Assembly (NCBI GenBank): GCA_963737905.1
Contig: CAVTUQ010000026.1
Location: 1 to 64,000, forward strand
Reading direction: 5' to 3'
DNA: 64,000 bases
Origin: an uncultured delta proteobacterium
GTDB lineage: Bacteria > Desulfobacterota > Binatia > UBA9968
The notes beneath the pieces were generated by a model. It had not been told where the DNA came from. It ran no database searches and saw only the letters and a program-made list of their open reading frames with translations. Positions 30,433 through 40,186 of this stretch are shown one piece after another. Numbering within the stretch: the first letter of the stretch is position 1; each line of letters opens with the position of its first letter. Position numbers and translations under genes: made by a program.

Positions 30433-31590
30433 ATGGCAATGGCAAGAGACGGATTTAAGATTCTCGATAGCGATATGCATGTTTTCGAACCCCACGATCT
30501 CTACTTGAGATATATGGACCCGAAGTGGAGCGATCGGATCCCGCGAGGGGAGCCGAGAAAAAAGCATGGGCAGATCAAGTTTGCGTTTGCCAACGGCAAG
30601 CCGATCAGGCCATCGGGCGTTCAGGTGCTTGCGAGTACAACCCCAAAACCGATTCCCGGTGAGTCGGCTCCAGGAGAGGAGGCGGTAGCCAGCCGGTACG
30701 AAAAGCCGTTGCAGCGTGGTTATGACGCAGTGTCGCAACTGGAAGCGATGGATGAAGAAGGCTTGGATGTGGCCGTATTATTCAGAACTTTTCCGCTGCA
30801 CTGCGACGATAGCTTGGAAGCCGAGTATGCCAACGATCTCTGCCGGGCATGGAACAGCTGGATGGCGGATTTTTGCAAGGCCAATCCAAAGAGGCTGCGG
30901 CCGTCGGCGTTGATCACCCTGCATGACGTCGATTTGGCGATCGACGAGACGCGCCGGGCGATCACCGAGTTGGGCGCGATTGGTCTATGCCTGGTGCCGG
31001 AGCCGGCCAATGGCCGTCACATTCACGACCGCTACTATGACCCCGTTTGGCGTGAAGCCGAAAAGATGGGCGTGCCCATTTGTTTCCACCCGGCGGCGAA
31101 TCCCAACACCGATCAGGTTGTCCACCGGTTCAAAGGGCACGCCAACGAAGCGGTACTGATTAATGCCTTTCGCAATCCCATCGAGCTTATGCTCGCCGTG
31201 GGTAGTTTCTGCGCGGGTGGGGTCTTGGAGCGGTTTCCGAAACTGCGCGTTGCTTTTCTCGAGGGCAACTGCAGCTGGCTGCCGTGGGTACTGTACCGCC
31301 TGGACGAGCGCTGGGATCTGCGCAAAGATTATGCGAACGAACCGTTGAGCATGCGGCCCAGCGATTACTTCCTGCGCCAGTGTTTCATTTCCGTAGACGT
31401 GGAAGAGGAACTGGTTACGGATGTCATAAAGAGAATCGGCGACGATAACGTCGTGATCTCGACGGACTACCCCCACGCGGATTCCCACTGGCCGAATGCC
31501 ATCAATCACTTCATGGCGATGGAAATGCCGAGCGCCGCCAGGAAAAAGATTTTGTGGGACAACTGCGCGCGACTGTATGGAGTCGAATAG
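30433..31590 (+). CDS. amidohydrolase family protein (Amidohydro_2, decarboxylase/hydratase-like)
   Basis: DSDMHVFEP, MDEEGLDVAVLF, FHP, RFPKLRVAFLEG, STDYPHAD. Confidence 0.9.
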   Translation: MAMARDGFKILDSDMHVFEPHDLYLRYMDPKWSDRIPRGEPRKKHGQIKFAFANGKPIRPSGVQVLASTTPKPIPGESAPGEEAVASRYEKPLQRGYDAVSQLEAMDEEGLDVAVLFRTFPLHCDDSLEAEYANDLCRAWNSWMADFCKANPKRLRPSALITLHDVDLAIDETRRAITELGAIGLCLVPEPANGRHIHDRYYDPVWREAEKMGVPICFHPAANPNTDQVVHRFKGHANEAVLINAFRNPIELMLAVGSFCAGGVLERFPKLRVAFLEGNCSWLPWVLYRLDERWDLRKDYANEPLSMRPSDYFLRQCFISVDVEEELVTDVIKRIGDDNVVISTDYPHADSHWPNAINHFMAMEMPSAARKKILWDNCARLYGVE

Positions 31591-31605
31591 GGGACTTGCG
31601 CAAGC

Positions 31606-31646
31606 GTTCACAAAGGGTTCGAAGCCGGTTCAAATCGTTCAAAAAC
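31606..31646 (+). repeat. degenerate GTTCAA 9-bp period repeat, copy 2
   Basis: gttcacaaagg gttcgaagccg gttcaaatc gttcaaaaac. Confidence 0.55.
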
Positions 31647-31749
31647 GATATCCGGATGTTCGACAAGGCTTGAATGACTGGGACCTGATGCGATCTTTGC
31701 GTTGTTTTGCTTGCTTGATAAGGATATTTTATATGGAGCGGCTAATTTC

Positions 31750-32683
31750 ATGACGATAACTCATTTACCTTGCGGTATCGAGCTTCCTCAGGTTTTTTTC
31801 GATGGTCCTACGGATATGGAGCATATCCGTAGGTTCGCCACCAAGGCTGAGATGTTTGGGTTACGATAGTCTTTGGCTCCAGGAGCGGATCATCGGCGAT
31901 TTCATCATGCTCGAGCCTGTGACCCTACTCAGTTACGTGGCGGCGATCACGACAACGTTGAAATTAGGAACATCCGTTATTCTGCTGCCATTGCGAAATC
32001 CTTTGCAGCTGGCGAAAGCCTACTCGACACTGGATGTGATGAGTGGCGGTCGTGCGGTTATGGGTGTTGGGCTCGGTGGCGGTCATCTTGGGTCGCATGA
32101 AGATGTCTTCGGTTACACGCGCGAGGGGCGAGTAACCCGCTTTACTGAGGCTGTGCAAATCATGAAGCTCCTCTGGACCGAACCAAAGGCGAGTTTTCAA
32201 GGACGCTATTGGAATTTTAGAGATGTTTCGATGGAACCGAAGCCGATGCAGAAACCACATCTGCCGATCTGGTTCGGGGGTCATCATGAGAACGCTCTGA
32301 GACGCGCGGTCAAGTACGGTAACGGCTGGATGGGAGCCGGTTCTTCATCCTCGTCGGCGTTTATCCGCGACTCGGGGAAAATTCGTGACTTCCTAAATGA
32401 GGCGAAGCGCGATCCGGCGACGTTTCATTTTGCCAAACGCGTGTATCTGGCCATCGACAACGATGAGGCGCGCGCGGAGCTGCGGATACGTGAGTGGTTT
32501 GGCCGACGCTATAAGAATTCGGACGTCGGCCCGAAGGTATCCATCTGGGGCAGCGCTCCCAAGTGTACGGAAAAAATCCAGGAAATCGTACGAGCCGGCG
32601 CGCAGCAGATTGTGTTCAATCCGATGTTCGACGAGATGGACCATCTCGAGATCTGCGCAAAAGAAATCATGCCGCATCTATAA
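31750..32683 (+). CDS. LLM-class flavin-dependent oxidoreductase (frameshift near 31855)
   Basis: ATG 31750 MTITHLPCGIELPQ..ATKAEM joins LGYDSLWLQE if one T is removed; LGTSVILLPLRNP, SGGR, PKP..PIWFGG. Confidence 0.85.
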
Positions 32684-32695
32684 ATAAGGAGGAAA

Positions 32696-32731
32696 GTTCA
32701 AGCCGTTCAAAGCGTTCAAGTCGTTCAAGAC
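32696..32731 (+). repeat. GTTCAA 9-bp period repeat x4, copy 3
   Basis: gttcaagcc gttcaaagc gttcaagtc gttcaagac. Confidence 0.8.
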
Positions 32732-32856
32732 GATTGATCATTGAAACGCGCGGACCGGCACCCAAGGAAAAACGCTGAGCCACAACGGAGGGCGCCGAGT
32801 GAACTGGTGAAGTAGGAAACGCATAAATAGCGGGGATCGGAAAAAGGAGCGATCAT

Positions 32857-33270
32857 ATGAAAGTCATTTACCACAAAGACCGGCCGCTGTTGGAATTTCC
32901 CGACGAACCGTGGCGCCAGTCTTTACGGTTGGCGGTGAACCGATCTGCCGGGTCGAATTCTTTGTCTGTCTGGCTAGCTGAGATGGGAGATCACCACCGA
33001 ACACCGTTGCATTGGCACGACACTGAAGAAGTATTGGTCTTCCTCGAAGTCGATGGCGATGGCTTTGCGCGTGTCGGCGACGAGGAGCTTAAGATCGAAA
33101 CTCAAACCAGCGTAGTTGTCCCGCCCGGAACGGTTCATGCGTTCGGTCTCCGAGACGGACGTTTGCTGAAATCCATATCGATTCTGCCCGATGCCGACGC
33201 CGTGCCCGGGCACCGACTTCTGGAGAAGGGCGAAGAGAGCTTTGAGATGCCGGACCTGAAGAAGAAATAA
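32857..33270 (+). CDS. cupin domain protein
   Basis: PLHWHDTEEVL and VPPGTVHAF cupin motifs; AAGGAG SD. Confidence 0.85.
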   Translation: MKVIYHKDRPLLEFPDEPWRQSLRLAVNRSAGSNSLSVWLAEMGDHHRTPLHWHDTEEVLVFLEVDGDGFARVGDEELKIETQTSVVVPPGTVHAFGLRDGRLLKSISILPDADAVPGHRLLEKGEESFEMPDLKKK

Positions 33271-33451
33271 CGACAGAGCATAGAAAGTATCGGGGGACGA
33301 AGCTACGCGCATCGGAGTTCCTCTTTAGAGCCAGTCGCACAGAAACCCGCGCCATCACGCACAGAAAGAATCCTATTTACTGTGCGGTCACAAGCCAAAT
33401 GGCGTACAACCTTCCGGCCACGGAGACCTTCGCGACTAGCATAGTTGTAGG

Positions 33452-33601
33452 GGTGTATCCTTTCGGTTACACCAGTGTCTACAAAGTTACCTACTCGCGT
33501 TCTTCTGGAACGCGACTATGCGTCGTACAAGAAGAAATCTCCTTTAGTTCATTACATCCGGTCACTCTGTCAGACGTTCTGGTTATGGCATCGCTATTGC
33601 G
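33452..33601 (+). promoter_or_regulatory. sigma54 promoter with upstream enhancer-like palindrome
   Basis: TGGCAT-CGCTA-TTGC at 33586-33600 (-24/-12 consensus); GGTGTA-N10-TACACC at 33452-33473. Confidence 0.6.
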
Positions 33602-33672
33602 CATCCCTGTGGCGATGCGCATGACCGCGGCCAGCTCACTTGTGGTACCAGGCGGGAAGAAAGGGGGGAAGA

Positions 33673-34152
33673 ATGTCGGCTAGGGCTAGGGTCTATTTAC
33701 ACGGCGTTATAGCAGGCATCATCGGAGCGGCAATCATCGCCATTCTGTTCCTATTCCTGGACGCAGTCGCTCGACTCCCCTTTTACACGCCTACCGTACT
33801 AGGAGCAGGACTTTTCGTGGGAGCAGAAGATCTCGCCGCGACTGAAGGAGTGGAGGTTTCTCTGAAGCTAGTTCTGATGTACACCTGGGTTCATTGGTTG
33901 GCCTTCATAGCCCTGGGTGTGATTGCGTCGCAGTTGCTTTCATTGACCAAGAAAAATCTCAATCTGGGCTTATCGATCTTTCTGCTTTTTCTCATTTTGG
34001 AATTTGGCTTTGTCGGCACTTGGTTTGTTTTAGCTGAGCCGGTTCTCGATGAGCTTGCGTGGACAACGGTGCTGCTCGGAAACCTTCTAGCCGCAATTGG
34101 GATGGCAATCTATCTTCAGTTTCGAAATCCTCGCCCGGCCCTCTCAGCCTGA
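33673..34152 (+). CDS. uncharacterised 4-TM membrane protein
   Basis: four hydrophobic helices; TPxxLG and YTWVH motifs; purine-rich SD. Confidence 0.75.
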   Translation: MSARARVYLHGVIAGIIGAAIIAILFLFLDAVARLPFYTPTVLGAGLFVGAEDLAATEGVEVSLKLVLMYTWVHWLAFIALGVIASQLLSLTKKNLNLGLSIFLLFLILEFGFVGTWFVLAEPVLDELAWTTVLLGNLLAAIGMAIYLQFRNPRPALSA

Positions 34153-34244
34153 TGGCAGCGACACGGCGAAGGGCTTCTCCCAGTGGGCTCAGATTGCGGG
34201 CCACCGGATTAACGTAAAACATAAGGCTAACACAGGATTGCGTT

Positions 34245-35486
34245 ATGACAGGAGCCACGGAGCAAGTTGAGACGGTCATCATAGGCGGCGGCCACGCAGG
34301 GCTGACGATGAGCTGCTATCTCAGTCAAGCTGGACGCGAGCATGTGATTCTCGAACGAGCCCGAGTGGGGGAGCGCTGGCGCAGCGAGCGCTGGGATTCT
34401 TTTTGTTTCCAATTTCCCAACTGGACGATCGAATTGCCCGGCTACAAATATCAATGCGACGATCCAGATGCCTTCGCGCCGGGTCGAGAGGTCGTGCGCT
34501 TCATCGAAGACTACGCGGCCTTTATCCAAGCACCGACGCGCTGCGGATGGAAGTGACTTCGCTGGAGCGAGCAGCAGATTCCAGCCGGTATCTACTCACG
34601 ACAAACAACGGCGCGATTGAAGCCGCGAATGTAGTGATCGCTACGGGTCCTTATCAACTGCCTGTAATACCGGCCATGAGCGCGCATATTCCGAAGGATA
34701 TCTTCCAGGTGCATTCCAGCGCCTATCGCAACGCGGCCCAGTTGCCCCCGGGCGCGGTGGTTGGTTGTGGGGAGCGGGGCTTCGGGCTGCCAGATCGCGG
34801 ACGATTTAAATCAATGCGGCCGCCAGGTCTATCTCTCGGTTGGCCGCCATAGCCGTAGGCCGAGAAAATATCGCGGCAAGGACTTCGCCTATTGGGTGTC
34901 TGCGCTGGGGACGACCGAGCAGATCGTCGATACGGTGCCGGCGGAGCTTAGGAAAGGATCTGAAATCTTACTTACCGGCGCCAATGGCGGTTACGATGTC
35001 GATTTACGAGCTATGGCCGCGACGCGGAGTAGACTTGCTAGGTCATTTACAAGGGATCAACGATAGTGAGTTGATACTTAGCAGATGATCTCACGCAGAA
35101 TCTCGCCAGAGGCGACGAGTCGCTGGAAAATTTCAAACGGGCCGCGGACGACTACATAACGAAGAATGGCTCGGAGTTTCCGGCCCAGCGGGAGCCAGCC
35201 GTAAAATCAGAGGTTCCGAGTCCGGTCTCGCGACTGAATCTTAAAGACGCGGGCGTGAGCGCCATTGTCTGGGCGAGCGGGTTTCGCTGCAATTTCGAAT
35301 GGGTGAAGCTGCCTATCTTCGACGATGGCGGCCAGCCGCTGCATCGTCGCGGTGTGACTCGATTGCCCGGCATCTATTTTCTTGGATTGCGCTGGCTCTA
35401 CAAGCGGAAATCAGCTTTTCTGCGTCAGTGCCTCAGGCGCGGAGGACGCGGCCTATCTGGCGGAGCAGATCGCGGCTCGGAACTGA
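34245..35486 (+). pseudogene. flavin-containing monooxygenase / NAD(P)-FAD oxidoreductase, multiply frameshifted
   Basis: IIGGGHAGL, GERWRSERWDS, VIATG, HSSAYRN, VVGSGASGCQIA, WASGF and GIYFLGL spread over several frames (shifts near 34547, 34760, 35025, 35080, 35425). Confidence 0.8.
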
Positions 35487-35650
35487 GATACAAAATTCCG
35501 TCACGCAATGAGTGATAAGAGTAAACCTAGGAATAGGCATGCCATGGCGCGACGCACTTGAACGGTAGCGTGATTAAGTTCGCCAATGCATGCGAAGAAG
35601 TATGTAAATGCTCGGGCATAACTGACGGATATGTGAAGGAGAGATAAATT

Positions 35651-36697
35651 ATGAACGAGCCGCGACAAAACACCGGTCCTGAATTATCGTACGCCGCGGC
35701 GATGCTCCATTTGATTATGGGGTTTCGGGTATCGCGAACCATCTTCGTAGCCGCCAAACTTGGACTTGCCGATCTTTTGCAAGATGGGCCGAGAACAAGT
35801 GAACAACTGGCGCGAACCACGGGAACCCACGCGCCATCGCTGTATCGCGTACTCCGCGCGCTGGTGAGTATCGGTGTGTTTTCCGGCGACGATGAACAAG
35901 GCTTTGCCCTCACATCGCTTGGCAACACTTTGCGGAGTGATGCGCCAGGATCGCTGCGTTATTGCGCGATGCTAGTTTTGGGCGATGAGCACTATCAAGC
36001 CTGGGGCGATCTCGCGCACAGTGTGCAAACGGGTGCGAGCGCGTTTCGCCATATCTTCGGAGCAAACACGTACGAATACGTTTCCCAACATCCGGAGCAC
36101 GCTAAGATTTTCAACGAGGCAATGGCGAATCTCACGGGATTTTACAATGCCGCGGTGCGGGACAGTTATTCCTTTTCCGGCATCGGTAAGGTTGTCGACG
36201 TAGGAGGCGGCGATGGCAGCCTTGTTATTGCGTTGCTTCGGGCTAATCCGGGAATGAAAGGAATCGTTTTCGACTTGCCCCAGGTTACGGAACGAGCGAA
36301 GCAACGAATCCGCGAGGCGGGGTTGGAGGAGCGCTGCGAAGTAATCACCGGCGACCAATTTGTCTCGGTGCCGAGCGGTGGCGATATGTATATTCTGTCG
36401 CGTTGCTTGGGCGCCTTTGATGACGCTCGCGTGATTCAACTGCTTAAGAGCTGTCGCGCGGTGATGCCTGAAAAAAGCAAACTAGTGCTCGTCGAACGGG
36501 TTCTTCCGGCTCGGTTAGGGGACTCAATCACGGCTCATCATGCCTTCATGTCGGATCTCAACATGTTGGTGAATACAGGCGGACAAGAGCGCACAGAGAC
36601 GGAGCACTGCGCGTTGTTGAAAGCGGCAGGCTTTCGGGTAACTAGCGTTGTCCCGACGCAATCCGAAATGAGCGTGGTGGAGTGCGTGCCGGCGTAG
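35651..36697 (+). CDS. O-methyltransferase (dimerisation + Methyltransf_2 domains)
   Basis: AAKLGLADLL, LYRVLRAL, VVDVGGGDG, FDLP, DLNMLV..GGQERT. Confidence 0.9.
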   Translation: MNEPRQNTGPELSYAAAMLHLIMGFRVSRTIFVAAKLGLADLLQDGPRTSEQLARTTGTHAPSLYRVLRALVSIGVFSGDDEQGFALTSLGNTLRSDAPGSLRYCAMLVLGDEHYQAWGDLAHSVQTGASAFRHIFGANTYEYVSQHPEHAKIFNEAMANLTGFYNAAVRDSYSFSGIGKVVDVGGGDGSLVIALLRANPGMKGIVFDLPQVTERAKQRIREAGLEERCEVITGDQFVSVPSGGDMYILSRCLGAFDDARVIQLLKSCRAVMPEKSKLVLVERVLPARLGDSITAHHAFMSDLNMLVNTGGQERTETEHCALLKAAGFRVTSVVPTQSEMSVVECVPA

Positions 36698-36733
36698 CGT
36701 AATCTATATGCCCAAAACGTACGATATAGAAAG

Positions 36734-36958
36734 TCCGTCCGTGCCGCTCCTATACCGCGACGGTTTCCGTCCGCCGCCGCGGCTGTTGGAAACATGAAGA
36801 AAGCCACCGCCGGTGATATTGGGGAGCTGATGAACTGTTTGAAAGAAGCAGATCGTGACCGAGCTTGGGCCGAAATCGAGGAAAAGCTTAAGCGGTTTGA
36901 AGGACCGAACGGCTTTGAGGCGCCGGGTGAGGTGCTGCTTGGGGTCGGGACCAAGTAG
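36734..36958 (+). pseudogene. C-terminal remnant of a class I methyltransferase (paralogue of 44511-45349)
   Basis: translates SVRAAPIPRRFPSAAAAVGNMKK..DRAWAEIEEKLKRFEGPNGFEAPGEVLLGVGTK*, matching the end of the 44511-45349 gene. Confidence 0.75.
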
Positions 36959-37005
36959 GTGAGACTTTCCTGATCAATCACACCAGATGAAAGAGGAGCA
37001 AGGCA

Positions 37006-37698
37006 ATGGATTTCCAACAAGAAAGATATGCCCGGGGCGCGGCGGGCTACGATGAGCGGATACGCAAAACGTTTCCTTTCTACGAAACAATTCACACAGC
37101 AATCAACGCCGTGCTTCGTGTCTACTTGAAACCCGAAAGTGAGCTATTGATTGTCGGTGCCGGTACCGGGGCAGAGATCCTTGAACTCGGCAAAACAAAT
37201 CCGGGCTGGCGGTTTCTAGGCGTAGATCCGGCAAAGCCCATGCTGGATCTCGCGATGGAAAAGATCGAGGCCGCGGGACTTACTGATCGAGTCAGTTTGT
37301 TTAACGGCCTTGTCGGGGATCTCCCGATCGGCAAACTCTGCGACGGCGCCACTTCAGCGATGATCATGCACTTTGTTCCGGACGATGGTGGAAAAGTGGA
37401 ATTCCTTCGCGCCATAGCGGCACATCTAAAACCCGGCGCACCGTTCGTTCTAATGGATGCCCATGGTGATTTGAATGCACCAGAATCAGAGCTGATGATC
37501 GAGGCTTGGAAGCAACAGCAAGTTCTCGCCGGTATCAAACGGGAGGAAGTTGAAAGCGGTATGAAGGAGCGTATGAAGACTATTCAATTTGTATCTCCCT
37601 CGCGAATGGAAGAATTATTGGCCGAGGCCGGATTTCACCGGATTCAACGTTTCTTTCAGGTTTTCATATTGGGAGGCTGGATAGCATTTAAAGCTTAA
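37006..37698 (+). CDS. class I SAM-dependent methyltransferase
   Basis: LLIVGAGTGAE, GVDP..PML, MHFVPDDGGK, LKPGAP. Confidence 0.9.
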   Translation: MDFQQERYARGAAGYDERIRKTFPFYETIHTAINAVLRVYLKPESELLIVGAGTGAEILELGKTNPGWRFLGVDPAKPMLDLAMEKIEAAGLTDRVSLFNGLVGDLPIGKLCDGATSAMIMHFVPDDGGKVEFLRAIAAHLKPGAPFVLMDAHGDLNAPESELMIEAWKQQQVLAGIKREEVESGMKERMKTIQFVSPSRMEELLAEAGFHRIQRFFQVFILGGWIAFKA

Positions 37699-37793
37699 GA
37701 GAAAAGAAGCAGCGCCACGAACATTGCGGTCTACTGCGGGGTCAGACGGATCATTAGGGACTGTAACACTTGATTCGGGTCTAAGTTTAGGAA

Positions 37794-37864
37794 CCCTTCG
37801 ACAGTCTCAGGGTGAACGGTCTAAACACGAGCCGTTCGTGGTGAGGCTCTCGAACCATGAACGG
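37794..37864. repeat. REP-like palindrome (CCCTTCGACAGTCTCAGGGTGAACGG...CCGTTCGTGGTGAG)
   Basis: same family as 24060-24120. Confidence 0.65.
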
Positions 37865-37966
37865 CGAACACTATGAAGCTGTTAGGGTTCACTAGGAGTG
37901 TTGCATCTAGGCCACAGGCATAAAGAGATCATAGACCGAAGACACGACATCAACAGCAGGTGACGT

Positions 37967-39586
37967 ATGAACCAAACGTCTTCCCTCGCGGACTTTCTGG
38001 ATCGGTACAGTCGTCAGTATCCAGAGGACGTGTTTTTCGTCGATGCCGAAGTAGACGTCGAATACGAGTCCACGGCTTACTACAAACTTCTCGAAGAGGA
38101 AAACCCGCTCATTTGGTTTTCCAAAGTCAAAGGCTACCCGGACTTCCAGCTTGTGACCAACGTCATGGGCTCAAAACGACGAATGGCTTTTGCGCTAGGA
38201 CTGGACTCCGAATCCAAGCTTTACGAAACCTGGAATGAAACTTTGAACTCAAAGGGCGAAATACGAATATCCGACGAGAATCCGCCAATCAAAGAACGAA
38301 TTTTCCAAGGGAAGGATGTCGATCTCTACAGCCTTCCTGTGATTAAGCACTATTCCGGTGACGGCTCTCACACCGGCTTCGGGCGATACATCACTGCTGG
38401 GCTGGCCGTCGCAAGAGACCCGCTATCTCCCGAAACGATCAACATGAGCTTCACTCGAATCCAGATTATCGATAGGGATAAGTACGCCTTTGATATGGGA
38501 AGCAGAAGCCATTTCTCGCGCTACGTGCAATCTGCGGCCCAAAAGGGGGATTCGTTGCAAGTGTCCGTGATCGTCGGTGCCCATCCAGCATTCTACCTGC
38601 TCGCCGCCTCGTTCATTGAGAATGAATATTCCATTGCGGCAAAACTAATTGGCTCAACCTTCACAAACGGGGTGACAAACCATGTGCCTGTCCCCTCAGA
38701 AGCGGAGATTGTCATCGAAGCTGAGGTTGTCCCCAACGAGTACTATCAGGAAGGACCTTGCGGTGAATTCACCGGGTACATGGCAGCGAGAACGACGGGC
38801 AGTGTCGCCAAAGTAAAGGCGATCTTGAGAAGGGCGAGGCCGATCTACTATGACATCCAGCCATCCAATTCATACGAACACATCGGCCTCTTCACGACGA
38901 CACGCAAGGCAAAGATCAGCAGGATGCTGGCTGAGGTTTTGCCGCCCGGCGCAAGATATAAAATCGAATGGCCGCTGATTTCCGCGACTTTTCTGGCACT
39001 CTGCTCGTTACCGAATCCTGAACCTGGTATTGCCAAGCAGGCGGGCTTGGGGCTCTTGGCCTTAAATGCGTTGCTTTCGAAAATAGTCATGGTCAACGAA
39101 GGCGATTGCGAGCTGGAGCTGGAAAGATTTCTGGCCAACCTCTCGATCACGGGAGCACGAAACGGGGAAAACGTGCACATTATTACTGATGTCTTTGTCA
39201 TAAAACTCGATCCGACCGCCACTACCGAGGGAACCAATGGGAAATTGATCATCGTAACGAAAAACTCCGGCCTCCCCTTTCACAAATTGGTAACGACAGA
39301 CTGTGTGAGATTAGTATCGGGGAATTCGGAAGTGGTCATTTCCCATAAGCCGACGACTGAAGGGAGAGTAAATGTTGTAGTAGGCGACGACATCGACCTG
39401 CAAAATTCCAATCAGATCGTCTGGGCGCTTTCGACCAGACTCCGACCTGACAAAGATGTTGAATTCAGTGACGATGGCAAGATTTTGTTTGATACCACCC
39501 GAATTGAGGAAAAGCTCGAAGTGCCTACATTACCTCAGGAGGTAATCGAAAGAGTTGCGAATAAATTGCGAGAGGCTGCTCAATGA
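37967..39586 (+). CDS. UbiD family (prFMN-dependent) decarboxylase
   Basis: VDLYSLP, GRYITAG, NMSFTR (conserved Arg), VPSEAEIVIE, EGPCGEFTGY, DDIDL..IVWALSTR. Confidence 0.88.
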   Translation: MNQTSSLADFLDRYSRQYPEDVFFVDAEVDVEYESTAYYKLLEEENPLIWFSKVKGYPDFQLVTNVMGSKRRMAFALGLDSESKLYETWNETLNSKGEIRISDENPPIKERIFQGKDVDLYSLPVIKHYSGDGSHTGFGRYITAGLAVARDPLSPETINMSFTRIQIIDRDKYAFDMGSRSHFSRYVQSAAQKGDSLQVSVIVGAHPAFYLLAASFIENEYSIAAKLIGSTFTNGVTNHVPVPSEAEIVIEAEVVPNEYYQEGPCGEFTGYMAARTTGSVAKVKAILRRARPIYYDIQPSNSYEHIGLFTTTRKAKISRMLAEVLPPGARYKIEWPLISATFLALCSLPNPEPGIAKQAGLGLLALNALLSKIVMVNEGDCELELERFLANLSITGARNGENVHIITDVFVIKLDPTATTEGTNGKLIIVTKNSGLPFHKLVTTDCVRLVSGNSEVVISHKPTTEGRVNVVVGDDIDLQNSNQIVWALSTRLRPDKDVEFSDDGKILFDTTRIEEKLEVPTLPQEVIERVANKLREAAQ

Positions 39587-39700
39587 AAAACGTAACCTTC
39601 CTTCGTTTGATATTTCAGGAAGGTGCGATCGCGGCCTCGGAACGGGCGATCCGCTATCGATACATGTGAGATAGGGGCATCATCAAGGAAGGATTCTTCT

Positions 39701-40120
39701 ATGAGCCAGAAACCCGTCGTCACCATCGAAGACATCACGAACATGGCGCTCGAGGAACGCCGGCCGGGCTGCGACAAGGGAATGTTACACGAGGATGCGC
39801 CGGTGCAGACGGCGGTCTACCGAGTCCAGCCAGGGAGCGGCGTGCCGACGCACCTGCATGCGCGGGTCTACGATCTTTTCATCGGCGTGAAGGGGAATCT
39901 CGAAATTCGCTATGAAGGCGAGCACGGCAATGACATGTTCGTGCTCAAGCCCGGCGCGTTTTGTAGAGTGCCGCCCGGTGTGCGGCACGAATTATCGAAC
40001 CCGAGCAAGACAGAGGAAACGGTTTTCCTGCTCGTGCAAGCATCGCAGGAAAGTTTCGATTACGTCCCGGCGCCGTTCCGCACGATTGAGGCGGCGCTGC
40101 CGTTTTCGCCACGAAGCTGA
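39701..40120 (+). CDS. cupin domain protein
   Basis: PTHLH..YDLF and VPPGVRHE motifs. Confidence 0.8.
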   Translation: MSQKPVVTIEDITNMALEERRPGCDKGMLHEDAPVQTAVYRVQPGSGVPTHLHARVYDLFIGVKGNLEIRYEGEHGNDMFVLKPGAFCRVPPGVRHELSNPSKTEETVFLLVQASQESFDYVPAPFRTIEAALPFSPRS

Positions 40121-40186
40121 GCTGGGCCAGCTTCACACACTCGCGAGCAACTTGTCTCAGTAAATAAATAAGGAGGCAAAGGACAG

